Below, piece by piece: positions 12,501 through 26,585 of a stretch of 64,000 nt of DNA. Within the stretch, counting starts at the first letter, position 1; each line of letters opens with the position of its first letter. The notes beneath the pieces are model-generated. The model saw only the letters and a program-made list of their open reading frames with translations, made no database searches and was not told the origin of the DNA. The DNA is from Isurus oxyrinchus (taxonomy: Eukaryota). Made by a program: the position numbers and the translations under genes. Where the stretch lies: positions 1,674,001 to 1,738,000 of the forward strand of contig JANJGN010000048.1 of assembly GCA_026770705.1 (NCBI GenBank), in the 5' to 3' direction.

Positions 12501-13729
12501 ACTGACCTAGGAGCCAGGGTGGGAAGTTGGGTGGACAGGAATGTAGTGGGAACGGAGTCCAGGGATCAGGAGGCGGGGCTCATGGACAGGATAAGTTTCC
12601 CGGTTCCGGGACCAGCTCAACAGCGCCCTCCCTGGAGGGTCACTGACAGAAACTCCTGCATCCCTCTATTGGAATGCACGTGTACAAACACTTCAGAACG
12701 AATAGGGCTAAAGAAGTGTTGCTGGACAGAAAGAGGTTGATAACAATTTAGCCCTCAGAAACTGTTTCTATCCGCACAGATGCTACAAGACCTGCTGATA
12801 ATTTTCCAGCACATCTTATTTATCTTTATTTCTGCATAAAATGCCTGTTCTGCAAAGAACTTCCCTGTATCTGCCATTTCCCACTTATAAAGGTAATTGT
12901 ACATCGTATTCCCTTGCCACTGCCACGTCTGGATTCGCTGGTGAATTTGGAATGAACTCTTTTTGATTGAGTATCAAAGGCTGAGTCCCACATGAAGAAT
13001 TTCAAACATGAAGCTTGGGAAATGTCGGGCAGATGTTTTGAAGTCCGCAACACATTCAGGGACTTTGGAAAGGAGAGGGAGATTGAAGATGGGAGCGGTG
13101 TCTTACAGGTGCAGTGAGTTCATTATCGCTACATTTTTTAGAGAAGTGACATGTCTGAACAAGTTTAAAATGGAAGGTCGTGCTTCAGGAGAGAATCCTG
13201 AAAAAGATTGACTGACCTGGGAACGAGCATGGGAAGTTGGGTGGTCAGGAATTTAGTGGGAACAGTGCCCAGAGAACAGGAGGCGGGGCTCATGGACAGG
13301 GTGAGTTCCACGGTTCTCGGAGCAGCTCAACAGCACCCTTCATGGAGAGTCACTGACAGCAACTCTCGCATTTCTGAGCTGGACTGCATATGGATACACG
13401 TTTCAGAACTAATAGGCCTAAAGAAGTGTTGGTGGACGGAAAGATGGTGATAACAGTTTAGTACTTGGAAGCTGAAATGAAAACAGAAAGAACTGAAAAA
13501 CACGTCAGACATGGCACCACCATTCGAGAGGGAAGGTGGTGCTTTTCAGACCCCAAAATGAGTCATATTCGGAACAGACAAAAGAAATAGTGTAGTTGTG
13601 GGCCCTGTGCTCCAGAGAAAAGGACAGAAGGGCATCTGGGGCTAAGGAGGTGAGGGGTAAGTTAGATGGCGGGGCAGATTGAAAGAAAAACGTGTCATTC
13701 AGCACAGGCAAAAAGGACTCTACATTACA

Positions 13730-14060
13730 CTCACACATAACCTATTCTGAAACACACTAGCCTGCCTCCAAACTCACCCCCAACAACAAGTGCGAGGAGG
13801 TGATGGAACTATCTGTCATTGGGTTTGGGACTGTCCAATGTCCCACATTCGCCCAGAATAGTTGAAAACAGCAGAATGAAGGTGGCCGCTGTCTGAGAGG
13901 AAAATAATGGAAAGTGTTCGCACTGGAAGAGGCAGCTCATTGGACAGTCCAAAGCCTAATGACAAAGAGTTCATTCAGCTCCTCGCACGTGTTGTTTGGG
14001 GGTGATGGTTTAGGCCGGCGAGAGTGTTTCAGAATAAAGTATGGATTAGTCAATGGAAGC
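13730..14060. repeat. Foldback copy with centre and inner left arm deleted
   Basis: ggactgtccaatg joins tcccacattcgcccag at ~13840. Confidence 0.85.
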
Positions 14061-15272
14061 CTGGGACTATCTGTGCGTCCCTGCATAGTCCTTAGAGTAA
14101 AGCAGAGATGGGAGCTGTACCGGGGCACAGGCCGCTTTTAGGAAAGTCATAGTTTTAAGAGAGACCAGAACATCGAGGATGGCACGTCCAAGAGAGTGCC
14201 TGCGAAACTGATTGGTCACTTTCCATCACGAGAGGGTTTCAGGGTGCAGGATAGTCGGCCAGCGAATGCAGAGGAGAGAGAATATGAGGAATTGGAAATG
14301 CAGTAACGGGAAGTGATAATTCACACACTGCCATGGCAGAGCGAGAGCAGCATTGACGAAATCTTGGTGCCAATGCTTTGATGATGATTTGGTGAGGCTT
14401 GGCGAAGGGGGCTGAGTGTGCAGGAATGCAATGAGTTTGCCAAAGAAGGAGAAAGGGGGAGACAAATGAAAGGAAGCAACAAGGTTTGACATGGTTGCAA
14501 ATGCCAGGTTAGCGCCACGACAGTCTGAGCTGGATGTTTGGGAGATGTGGAAGTGGAGGCTTCATTCACAGGGAAGATGCGATCCACCCATGTTCAGGTT
14601 TCCTATCTGGCCAAGGCCCCGATATAATCACCAACAATCTCGATAAAATCGCGCCTGATCTCGATCCAATCACCCACAATCTCAATACAATCACTTCTAG
14701 CAGGTTCAAGAATGTCAAATCCAAACAAGATATCAAACGTTGCGAATTGTTCCTCCCCATCGACTCTTTCCAGACCCCTCATGATTTTGAAAGCCTTCAG
14801 CAAACCTCCTGTGAATATTCCCTCCGCGGAATTGAAACTTCCTGTCTTTCGAGCGCCCCTGTTTATAACCTCAGTGCGACCCATTCATAAACCTTCGCAT
14901 CCTTCCTAAAGAGTGCTGCCTTGAATGTGACACCATACTCAGGGTGAGTTACTTACCGAGCTGCACTGATCCACAAACTCCCAGGCACGGTGAAGCAGAG
15001 ACATGGACTCTGCTGAACGAGTGCTTGAAATCTGAGTGTCGTGAATCAAAAAGCACACAAAACGCTGAAGGTGCAAATCTCTCAATAAACAACCACAGAT
15101 GCTACTTTGATTATGTGCACAACTATACTTTGATTCCATTCCGACAGATGGCGCATCCTTCATTGCAATCGGATTTTGGCCAATGATCGCGTTCTGCACA
15201 TGTGAAGCGAGCTTACCATGTTTGTGTGTGTCAAGGTGAGAATCTGTTCACGAATGTATTGAAAAGATGAAA

Positions 15273-15344
15273 TAGAGATGCCGGGGATTGAACCCGGGAC
15301 CTCATACAAGCGAAGCATGCGCTCTACCACTGAGCTATATGCCC
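15273..15344 (-). pseudogene. tRNA-Ala(CGC), likely pseudogene with intact A and B boxes
   Basis: GGGCATATAGCTCAGTGGTAGAGCGCATGCTTCGCTTGTATGAGGTCCCGGGTTCAATCCCCGGCATCTCTA. Two acceptor-stem mismatches and T at position 37. Confidence 0.75.
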
Positions 15345-16194
15345 GCCGGCGTCCATTTAGGAAAGAAGCACAGATGCTTCAAAACCACATTGTCCTTTTC
15401 TCTGTGCCATTTTTGGCAATCTCTTCTTTGCCTCTACCTGTCACTGGCTCTCTATCCAGCTCTACCTGTACCAACGCACTGAACGAGCTTATATTTCACC
15501 TCATTTCTATTTTTCCTCAGTTCTGATGAAGTGCTATATGGACTGGAAATGTGAAGTGTATTCCTCTCCGCAGATCTTGTCGGAGCAGCTGAGATTTTCC
15601 TGCTATTTTTATTTGTGTGTAGTTACAGGCAATTTCACGGTACAAAGAAGTAAAAGCGCTCCTTTCAGGTGAAGCAACTATTTACTGGATCCTCTTCAAC
15701 TCACGAAGGGTAACAGTTGTAAAGTCTTTGTAATAGTTCAGCTGAGCCCCAGGCTCATCCACTGGGGAAACGGATTGAAGACGAAACTTAGGTACCAATA
15801 TGTCGAAGTGAAAACTCGTCCCCAATTAACGGTGACCATGAAATTGCCATCGATTGATATTAAAACACTGGTTCACGAAAACACTTCAGGGAAGGAAAAC
15901 CTTCATCCTTATCATGCCTGCTCTACTTGTGACTTTCCACACATAAATATATGCCTGCTTCTTAACTGCCCTCTGAAAGGACCCAGCAGCTCACGCAGCC
16001 CAAGGGCTATTAGGGAAGGATAACAAAGGCATAACGTGCCAGTGACTCCCACCTCCCATGAGAGAACAAAGGAAATATACAAATAATCCTTTGCATTCGC
16101 TGCTGAGAGTGTGGATTCCTCTACTGTGGGATGATTCAACACAGGCTGGGTGACCACTTTGTAGAACATCTCTGCTCAGTCCACAAACATGTGG

Positions 16195-16362
16195 AGAGGA
16201 ATATAACCACATATCTATGTGTAGAAAGTGACAAGTAGTGCAGGCCTGATAAGGATGAAGGTTTTCCTTCCCAGAAGGGTGTTCGTGAACATGATAGGTG
16301 TTAAGATCTATTGATAGCTATTTCATGGTCACCGTTACTTGGAGACGAGTTGTCAATTCCAC
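16195..16362 (-). repeat. Inverted duplicate of the SINE body inserted in the Penelope ORF remnant
   Basis: Reverse complement of ~15806-15960; the same event is seen at ~20398-20570 versus ~20007-20165. Confidence 0.85.
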
Positions 16363-18464
16363 TGACAGTTGCTAATCCAGTCCAACTTTTGCTCTCGAGC
16401 TCAAATTTCAGTCCACGGCTTGACGCAATGTTCCAGTCAAGCCCAATAAAGCTTTGCAAAAAGAAACTCATCTTCCAATTCGGCGTCTTCCAGCCTTGTG
16501 GATTCAAAACTGAATTCAATATCTTTAGTCCATGAACTTTGGCCTCGATTTGTATTATTTTTGCCGATTGTCATTTATATATTTTTCTGATGTTTTGCTA
16601 TCAGGCAGCACTGACCTTTATGCACCTATTAACATAGTCTGCTATTTTGCTTTCAGACAGTGCTGACCTTTAATCTGCTATTAACACCTGCTATGGACGA
16701 ATGCTTTGTACCTTTACTCAAACCATTCCCAATCTCGTTCCCATTTGTTCCATGGCATCTTTGTAATTTAATCTCCCCAGATATCTAATCAATCCATGAC
16801 GCTCTTTATTATGTTCCACCTTGCTCCTCACCTTGCTTCCAACAGCCAAAAACCGAACACATTCGACCACTCCTGATTTCAGAAGAAACGTCATACTGAA
16901 AGTGCAATGTTAACTCTCTTTCTATCCGCACAGATGCTGCCAGACCTGCTGAGATTTTTCCAGCACCTTTTTTTTTTCTTTTTCTTTTTCTCTTTAAGTG
17001 CCTGTTCTGTGAAGCACTTCCATCTGCCATTTCCCAGTTATAAAGGTAATTGTGCACCGTTTACCCTTGTCATTGTCAGGTATGAAGACGCTGGTGAATT
17101 TGCATTGGCCTCCTTACGATTGGGTATCAAGAGCTGAATATCACGTGGAGAATTACAAGCATAAAGCTCGGGAAATGACTGCCAAATGTTCTGAAGTCGG
17201 CAAGACATTCAGGGACTTGAAAAGGAGAGGGAGATTGGAGATGGGATGGTGTCTTTCAGGTGCAGAGAATTCATTATCTCTACACTTTTTCGAGAAGTGA
17301 CATGACTAAACAGGTTTGAAAAGGAATGTGGTGCCTCGGGAGAGAAACCTGAACAATATTGACTGAGCTGGGAGCCAGGATGGGAAGTTGGGTGTTCAGC
17401 AACTTAATGGGAACGGAGCCCAGGGAACAGGAGGGGGTGCTCATGGAATTGAAGACTTCCTCGGTTCTCAGAACAGCTCAACAGCGCCCTCCCTTGAGAG
17501 TCACTGACAGCAACTCCAGCATCCTCCTGCTGGACTGCATATCTGCACAAGGTTCAGAGATCATATGCCTAAAGAAGTGTTGGTGGACAGAAAGCTTTGC
17601 AGCAGTAAGCATTCGACCCGAGTAGGTGAAAACAGCGGAATAAAGGTGGGCACTGACTGAGAGAAAAATAGCAGAATCTGTTAGTGCTAAAAGAGGAAGC
17701 TCATTGGACATTTCAAAGCCTAATGGCAAAGAATTCACTCAGCTCCTCGCACTTGTTGTTGGGGGTGAGTGTTTAGGCCGGCGAGAGTGTTTCAGAATAA
17801 GTTAGGGATTAGCGAACGGAATCCCTGCACTATCTGTGCTTCCCAGCATGGTCCTGGAACAGTGAATTGTTTCATTCGATGAGGGAGTGACCTTACATTG
17901 TTTCACGGCTCCAACGCACCCTGGCAATGGCATCTTAATCACTTACTCACCATATCCTTTCAGGCCTGTGTCCCTTAGTGTTAAGCGGAGATGGAAGCTG
18001 TATTGGGACAGTGGCCAGCGTGAGGAAAATAATGGATTTAATAGAGAACAGGACATCGAAGATCTCAAGGCCAAGAGAGTGACTGTGAAAGTGATTGTTA
18101 ACTTTCCATCGAGATAGGGGTTCAGAGAGGAGGGTAAGCGGACAGTGACCACAGAGGAATGAGAATACGAGGAATTGGAGATGCAGTAACGGGAGGCAGA
18201 GGGAGAACAGCAGGGAAGATATCTAGGTGCCAAATCTTTGATGATAATTTGGTGACGCATGTCAAAGGGGGCTTTGGGATGAGAGGGCAGGAACACATTG
18301 AGATTGCCAAAGAAGGAGAAAGGGCGAGACAAATGAAAGGATCATGAAGGGCTGGGCTGAGTGGATAGGAGAGGGAAAAGTAGAGGCTTCATTCACAGGG
18401 AAGGTGTCAACAACCCATATATAACAACCCATATCCGGGTTTCCAATATGGCCAAGTCCCCGAT

Positions 18465-18852
18465 ATAATCACCAATAAATTCAATGTAATCAGCCTGATC
18501 TCGATACAATCACCATGAATCTCGATACAAAAACTCCCAATCTCGTTACAATCACTCCCACTCTTGATACGATCAATAGCAATCTCCATATAATGCCCCC
18601 AATCTCGATACAATCACGCCCAATCTCGATACAATCACCAACAATCTCAATACAATCCCCCCGGATCTCGATACAATCCCCCCAATCTCGATACAATTAC
18701 CAACAATCTCGATAAAATCACGAACAATCTCAATAAATTCCCCCCATTCTCGATACAATCACCTACAATATCCATAGATTCACCAGTGATCACGATACAA
18801 TCCACCCCCCCCCCCAATTTCGATACAATTACCCCCAATCTCGATACAATCA
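18465..18852 (+). repeat. 20-21-bp minisatellite (aatctcgatacaatcacccc[c])
   Basis: Tandem degenerate units. Shorter arrays at ~5070-5215, 8815-8900, 14625-14692, 23220-23308, 29165-29310, 42685-42795, 50470-50630, 55962-56095 and 57865-57912. Confidence 0.9.
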
Positions 18853-19472
18853 CTTCCAGTTGGTTCATGAATGTCAAATGCACCCAACAACTCACACGCT
18901 GGGAACTGTTTTTCCCATCGACTCTGTCCAGAGTCCTCATGATTTTGAACGCCTCTATAAAACCTCCTGTCAACATTCCCTCCTCGAAGGGGAAATGCCC
19001 CAGGCTCTGCACCGCCTCTGCAGAACTGAAGCGTTTTGCCGCTTGAGCACCCCTGGTTATAACCTCAGTGCAACCCATTCATAAACCTCCGAAACATTCC
19101 CAAAGAGTGCTGACTAGATTGTATACCATGCTCAGGATAAGTTACTTACCGAGCAGGAATGATCCACAAACTCCCAGGCATCATGAAGCAGAGACATGGA
19201 CTCTGATGGACGAGTGCTTGAACTCTGAGTGTTGTGAGTCAACAAGCGCACGAAAGACTGAAGGCATAAGTACCTCAATAAACATCCACAAACGCTGCTC
19301 TGATTATGTGAACAGCTTTATTTTGAAGCCATTCCGACAGATGGTGCATCCTTCATTAAATTCTGATGTTGACGAATGATCGCTCTCGAAACATTTGAAG
19401 TGTGTTCACCGTTGACCATGTTTGTGTGTACAAAGGTGAGAAACTGTGGACGGCTGCATTCAAAACACGAAT

Positions 19473-19545
19473 TGGAGATACAGTGGATTGAACCCAGAAA
19501 TCACATGCACGCAAATCAAGCGCACTACCACGGAGCTATATCCCC
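19473..19545 (-). pseudogene. tRNA-Ala(TGC) pseudogene
   Basis: Many substitutions plus a 1-bp insertion relative to the intact copy. Confidence 0.85.
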
Positions 19546-22051
19546 ACCTGCATTCACACGCGACACAAAGCAGCACAAATGCTTCAAAACCACTTGGTCC
19601 TTTTGTTTGTAACATTTTTGACAATCTCTTCTTTGCCTCCTCCAGTCACTGGCCCTATCGCCAGTTCTACTTTTGCCACCGCACTGAACCAGCTTATAAT
19701 TCACCGCATTTCTATTTCTCCTCACTTCTGATGAAGTGTTAAATGGACTCGAAACGTGAAGTGTGTTCCTCTCCGCAGATGATGTCAGAACAGCTGAGAT
19801 TTACCAGCTATTTTTATTTGGGTGTAGTTATAGGAAATTTCACGCTACAATGAAGTAAAAACACTCCTTTCAGGTGAAAAAACTATTTACTGATTCGTCT
19901 TCAACTCAGAAAGGGTAACAGTTGTAAAGTCGTTGTAATAGTTCAGCTGAGCCCCAGGCTCATCCACTGGGGAAACGGATTGAAGACGAAATTTAGGTAC
20001 AAATATGTTGAATTGAAAACTCGTCTCCAAGTAACGGTGACAATGAAATTGCCAACGACTGATTTTAAAACCCATCTGGTTCACGAACACCTTTCAGAGA
20101 AGGAGGACCTTCATTCTTATAAGGCCTGCACTACTTGTGACTTTCCAGACATAGGTATGTGGTTGACTCTAACCTGCCCTTTGAAAGGGCCCAGCAACTC
20201 ACTCAACTCAAGGGCTATTAGGGATGGGTAACAAAGGCATAACGTGCCAATGACGCCCACATCCCATGAAAGAACAAAAGAAATATAAATTTAATCCATG
20301 GTATTCGCTGCTGATAGTGTGGACTCCTCTACTTTGGGAAGACTCAACACAGGCTGTTTGATCACTTTGTAGAATATCTCTGCTTAGTTCACAAACATGC
20401 GGAGAAGAATATAACCACACATCCATGTGTGGAAAGTCACAAGTTGGGCAGGCCTGGTAAGTATGAAGGTTTTCCTTCCCAGAAGGGTGTTCCTGAACCA
20501 GATGGGTTTTAACATCAATCGATGGCAATTTCATGGTCACTGTCACTTGGAGACGAGTTGCCAATTCCATTGCCGGTTTCTATTCCAGTCCAGCATCTTG
20601 CTCTCATGCTCACATTTCAGCCCTCGAACTAATGCAATGTTCCAGTGAAGCCCAACAAAGCTGTGGGAAAAGAACCTCATCTTCCAATTTGGCGTCTTCC
20701 AGCCTAGTGCATTCAAAACTGAATTCAACATCTTCAACATGGAATCTGCCCTCTATTTGTATTATTTTCACCGATTCTCACTCTATATATTGTCTGATGT
20801 TTTGCTATCAGGCAGCACTGACCTTTATTCCCCGATTAACACATTCTGTTATTTTGCTTACAGCTTGTGCTGACCTTTAATCTGCTATTAGCACCTACTC
20901 TGGACCAATGCTTTTCTCTTTAATCATACCATTCTACCTCTCTTTCCCATTAGTTCCATGGTATCTTTGTAAGTTAATGTCCACAGCCCTCTAATCAATC
21001 CATGACGCTCTTTTTCCTGTTCCACCTTCCACCTCACCTTGTGTCCAAAAGCCGAAAAATCAATACATTCCACGACTCATGATTTCAGAAGAAACATCAT
21101 ATTGAAGGTTAAATGTTAACTTTGTTTCTATCCGCGCAGATGCTGCTAGACCTGCTGAGAATAGTCAGCACTATTTTTTATGCCTTAATGTGCCTGTGCT
21201 GCGAAGAACTTCCAGGTATCTGCCATTTCCCAGTTATAAAGGTAATTGTGCTTCGTTTACACTTGTCACTGCCACATATGAAGTCGCTGGTGAATTTGCA
21301 ATGGCCTCGTTTCAATTGGGTATCAAAGGCTGAATCCCACGTGGAGAATTACAAACACGAAGCTCGTGAAATGACAGGCAAATATTTTGAAGTTCGCAAC
21401 TCATTCAGGGACTTTGGAGAGAAGAGGGAGATTGGAGATGGGAGCGGTGTCTTTCAGGTGCAGTGAGTTCATAAGCTCTACGTTTTTGTGAGAAGTGACA
21501 TGACTAAACGAAAGATGGTGCCTCAGGAGAGTAATCTAAACAATATTGACTGACCTGGGAGGAGGATGTGAAGTTGGCTGTTCAGCAATTTAGTGGGAAC
21601 GGAGCCCAAGGAACAGGAGCAGTTTCTCATGAACTTGATGAGTTCCTCGGTAATCAGAGCAGCTCAACAGCGCCCACCCTGGAGAGTCACTGACAGCAAT
21701 TCCTGCATCCCCCTGCAGGAGAACACATGTGCACAATGTTCAGAGCTCATATGCCTAAAGAAGTGTTGCTCGAAAGAAAGAAGATGATAACAACGCAGCC
21801 CTTGGAAGCTGATGTGAAAACAGAAAGAGCTGAAAAACTCATCAGGACTGGCAGCAACAGTGGAGAGAGAAGCAGGTGGTTTTCAGACCAGAATATGAGT
21901 CTTCTTCCGAACAGAGGAGAGAGATAGGGGTGTGATGGGCTCTCTGCTGTTCAAACAAAAAGGACAGAAGGACACCTGGGCTAATGAGCTGAGGGATAAT
22001 TAGATGGCGGGGCTGACTGATTGTATAAGGTGTCATTGAACAGAGGACAAC

Positions 22052-22510
22052 GAGAGCCTTCCTTTCACTCAGCCATAACCTATTCTGAAACATTGTAGCC
22101 TGCTGCCAAACTCACCCACAACAACACGTGCGAGTAGTTGATGGAACTATCTGTCATTGGGTTTGGGACAGTCCAATGGGTTGCCTCTACCAGCTCTCAC
22201 ACATTCCAATATTTTGCTCTCAGACTTCGCCCACCGTTATTTTGCTGTTATCACATACTCGGGGCGAATGCTTCCTGCTGTAATGCCACAAAACATTCAC
22301 CCAGAGTAGGTGATAACAGCAGAAGTAAATTTGGCCGCTGTCGAAGAGCAAAATAGCAGAAATTGTTCGCACAGGAAAAAGCAGCTCATTGGACAATCCA
22401 AAGCCTAATGACAAAGAGTTCAATCAGCCCCTCGCACTTGTTGTTGGGGGTGAGTGTGTCGGCCAGCGAGAGTGTTTCAGAAGAAGGCGTGGATTAGTGA
22501 ACGGAAGCCC
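22052..22510. repeat. Foldback copy, complete
   Basis: Both arms and the loop are present. Confidence 0.9.
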
Positions 22511-23885
22511 TGGGCTATCTGTGTGTCCCACATTGTCCTGGAATAGTGAATGGTTTCCTTCGATGAGGGAGAGACCTTATAATGTTTCACGTGCTCCAAC
22601 ACACCCTGGCAATAGACGTCTCAGCCAGTTACTCACCATATCCGTTCAGGCCTGTCTCCTTTAGTGTTAAGCAGAGATGGGAGCTGTATTGGGGCAATGG
22701 CCGGCGTGAGCAAAATGATGTTTTTAAGAGAGAGCAGGACATCGAAAAGGCCTAAGAGAGTGACTGCGAAACGAATTGGAAACTTTCAATTGAGAAAGAG
22801 GTTCGGGGGCGGAGTGTGGTGGGCGGGGTGGGGGGGGGGAGGAGGGTAAGGAGGCAGCGAGTGCAGAGGAAAAAGTATCCGAGCAAGTAGAGATGCAGTC
22901 ACGGGAGGTCAGTAGTCACACACTGCCGGGGTAGAGGTAGAGCAGTAGTGAAGATATATAGCTGCCAATATGTTGATGATAGCTTGGAGAGTGCTGGCGA
23001 AGGAGGATTTTGGATGAAAGGGAGGAACATTGCGAGGTTGGATAAGAAAGAGAACGTGCGAGAGAAGTGAAAGGACACCTCAAAGGGCGATATAGTTATC
23101 AGTACCAGGCTGGCGCCATGGTAGGCTGGGCTGGGAGGTTGGGAGAGGGAGAAGTGGAGGCTTCATTCACAGGGAACGGACGAACCACGTCCAAGTTTCT
23201 AATAAGTCCAAGGCCGCAATATAAGCGCCAGCAATCTCGATACATTCACCCGAAATCGATACAATCATCCTCGATCTCGATACAATCACCCCCGATCTCG
23301 ATACACCCCTTATTAGCATCATGAATGTCGAAACCTGTCTAATTCTCAAACACAAGGAACTGTTTTCCCCATCAACTCATGATTTTCAACGCCTCTATCA
23401 AACCCCCTGTCAAAATTCCCTCTTGGAAGGGGAAAAGCCCCAGACTCTGCACCACCTTCACGGAACTGAAGCTCCTTGTCCCTGGAGCTCCCCTGGTTAT
23501 AACATCACTGCAGCCCATTCAGAAATCTTCGCCTCCTTCCTGAACAGTGCTGCATAGAATGTGACACCTTATTCTGTGTTAGTTACTTAACGCGAGTTAC
23601 TTCCCCAGGCACCAAATAGCAGAGGACATGGGCTCAGATTAACGAGTGCTTGATCTCTGAGTGTGGTGAGCCACACAATAAACTGTGAGCCCTCATCGTA
23701 ACCTCAATGATGAGTCGGTGCGACTTTGCCTCTGTGAACAGCTCTTTTGAAAGTTATTCCGACAGACGGCGCATCCTTCATTGTATTTGGTTGTTGAGCA
23801 ATTTTCGCTTTCTGCACACATGCAGCGAGCTTGCCATGTCTGGGTGTGCAACGGCACTCTGTGTGCAAATGGCACCAGTGCATTC

Positions 23886-23889
23886 AAAA
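23886..23889 (-). terminator. Pol III terminator (TTTT) of tRNA 23897-23968
   Basis: T4 run 7 nt after the discriminator base; equivalent runs at 29695-29698 and 51192-51195. Confidence 0.7.
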
Positions 23890-23896
23890 GGTGAAG

Positions 23897-23968
23897 TGGA
23901 GATGCCGGGGATCGAACCCAGGACCTCATACATGCAAAGCATGCGCTCTACCACTGAGCTACATCCCC
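23897..23968 (-). tRNA. trnaa-ugc: tRNA-Ala(TGC), apparently intact
   Basis: GGGGATGTAGCTCAGTGGTAGAGCGCATGCTTTGCATGTATGAGGTCCTGGGTTCGATCCCCGGCATCTCCA. Full cloverleaf, G3:U70, A and B boxes, TTTT 7 nt downstream. Confidence 0.95.
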
Positions 23969-26134
23969 ACGTGCCCAACAAGCCAAATGAATGTTTAGTT
24001 AAAGCTCATTTGACCTTTCAAGCCTGTTCTCTTGTTCGGTGACATCACTCACATACCAAAACCGCAACCATAAACAAGCAGAAATGCGCATGTATGGTTA
24101 ATTGTCATTTCACCTTTCGTGGCAGTTCATTACCATTAAATCAAATCACTCCTTTCAGGTGAAGCAACGATTTACCTGTACCTTTTCCAATCACGAAGTG
24201 AGACAGTGGTAATGTGCTTGGACTAGTATTATTGACGTCTGGGCTCATCCACTGAGTACACGGGTTCAAATCGAAATTGCGAAAAACCCACCTGGTTCAC
24301 TGACTTCCTTCAGGGAAGGAAATACTTCATTCTCTTCAGGCCTGGCCTACTTGTGACATTGCACACGTATGTAGGTGGTTGACTCTTAACTGCCCTCTGA
24401 AATGGGCCAGCAAGTCACTCAGTTTATGGGCAATTAGGGATGGGTAACAAAGGCTGATTCTCCCAGTGACACCCGCATCCCGTAAAAGAACAAAGGAAAT
24501 ATAAAAGTAGTCCAATTCATTCGCTGCTGAGAGTGTGGACTCCTCTACTTTGGGTTAACTCAACACAGGCTGGGTGAGCACTTTGTAGAACATCTCTGCT
24601 CAGTCCACAAACATGGCCCCGCCCTGCTTTCTATTCCAGTCCAGCATCGTGCTCTCATGCTCTCATTTCAGTCTTCGGACTAATGCAACGTTCCAGTGAA
24701 GACCAACAAAGCTGTGGGGAAATAACCTCATCTTCCAGTTTGGCGTCTTCCGGCCTTATGGACTCAAAACTGAAATCAGCATCTTCAGACCATGAACACT
24801 GTCCTCTGTTTATATTATTTTCCCGGTTTTCAATCTATACCTTCTCCTCATGTTGTGCTCTCAGACAGCATTAACTTTTATTCTCCTATTCCCACACACT
24901 GCTATTTTGGTTTCTGACAGCGCTGACCTTTAATCTGCTATTAACACCTGCTCTGGACCAATGCTTTGTACGTTTACTCATAACATTCCCCATCTCTTTC
25001 CCATTTGTTCCATCGCATCTTTGTAATTTAGTTTCCCCAGACATCTAATCAATCCATGACCCTCTTTTCCCTGTTCCACCTTCCCCCTCACCTTGTGACC
25101 AACAGCCGAAAACCCAGCAAATTACACCACTCCTCATTTCAGAAGAAACGTCATATTGGATGTTAAATTTTAACTCTATTTTTAACCGCACAGATACTGC
25201 TGGAGCTGCTGAGATTATTCCAGCACCTTTTTTTTCTTTTTATTTCTGCCTTAAAGTGCTAGTTCTGTGAAAAGGCTCCACGTATCTGCCATTTCCCAGT
25301 TATAAAGGTAATTGTGCATCATTTACCCTTGTCACTGTCACGTATGAAGTCGCTGGTGAATTTGCAATGTCCTCTTTTCGATTGGGTATCAAAGGCTGTA
25401 TCCCACTTAGAAAATTTCAATCATGAAGCTCGGGAAATGACGGGCAAATATTTTCAAGTCGGCAACACATTCAGAGACTTTGGAGAGGAGATGGAGATCG
25501 GAGATGGGAGCGGTGGCTTTCAGGTGCAGAACGTTCATTATCCCCACATTCTTTAGTGAAGCGACATGACTAAACAGGTTTGAAACGGAAGATGGTACCT
25601 CAGGAGAGGACCTTGAGCAATAATTACTGACCTGGGAGCCAGGGTAGGAATTTGGTTGGTCAGCAATTTGGTGGGAACAGAGCCCAGATAACAGGAGGCG
25701 GGGCTTATGGACAGGATGAGTTTCTAAGTTCCCGGAACAGCTCAACAGCGCCCTCCCTGCAAAGTCACTGACAGCAACGCCTGCATTCCTCTTCTGGACT
25801 GCACATGTCCGCACGTCTCAGAACTAATAGACCTGAAGAAATGTTGGTGGACAGAGAAAGAGTGATAACAATTTAGCCCTTGGAAGCTGAAATGAAAACA
25901 GAAAGAGCTGGAAAACTTGTCAGAACTGGCAGCAACAGTGGAGAGAGAAGCAGATGGTTTTCAGAGCCTTATATGCGTCTTCTTCTGAACAGGGGAGAGA
26001 GATAGGGGTGTGCTGGGCTCCATGCTGTTGAAAAAAAGGGCAGAAGGACAGCTGAGACTAAGGAGATGACGGATGAGTCAGATAGCGGGGCAGATAGAAT
26101 GAAAAAGTTGTCATTGAACAAAAGATAAAGAGAG

Positions 26135-26585
26135 CCTTTCTTTTACATAGCCATAATCTATGCTGAAAAACACTAGCCTGCCTCCAAACTCACCCCCAAC
26201 AGCAAGCGCGAGGAGCTGATGGCACTCTCTGTCATTGGGTTTGGGACTGTCCAATGAGCTGCCTCTGCCAGCGATCATATATTCTGCTATTTTCTTCTCC
26301 GACAGCGGCCACCTTTATTCTGCTGTTATCACCTACTCAGGGCTAATGCTTCCCGCCACAAAGCCACAAAATATTCGCCCAGATTGCTGATAACAGCAGA
26401 ATAAATGTGGGTGCTGTCTGAGAGCAAAATAGCAGAATGTGTTCGCACGGTAAGAGGCAGTTTATTGGACAATCCAAAGCCTAATGACAAAGAGGTCAAT
26501 CAGCTCCTCGCACTTGTTGTTGGGGGTGAGTGTGTCAGCCGGCGAGGGTGTTTCAGAATAAAGTATGGATTAGTCAACGGAAGTG
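26135..26585. repeat. Foldback copy, complete
   Basis: Near-identical to 2185-2635. Confidence 0.9.
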
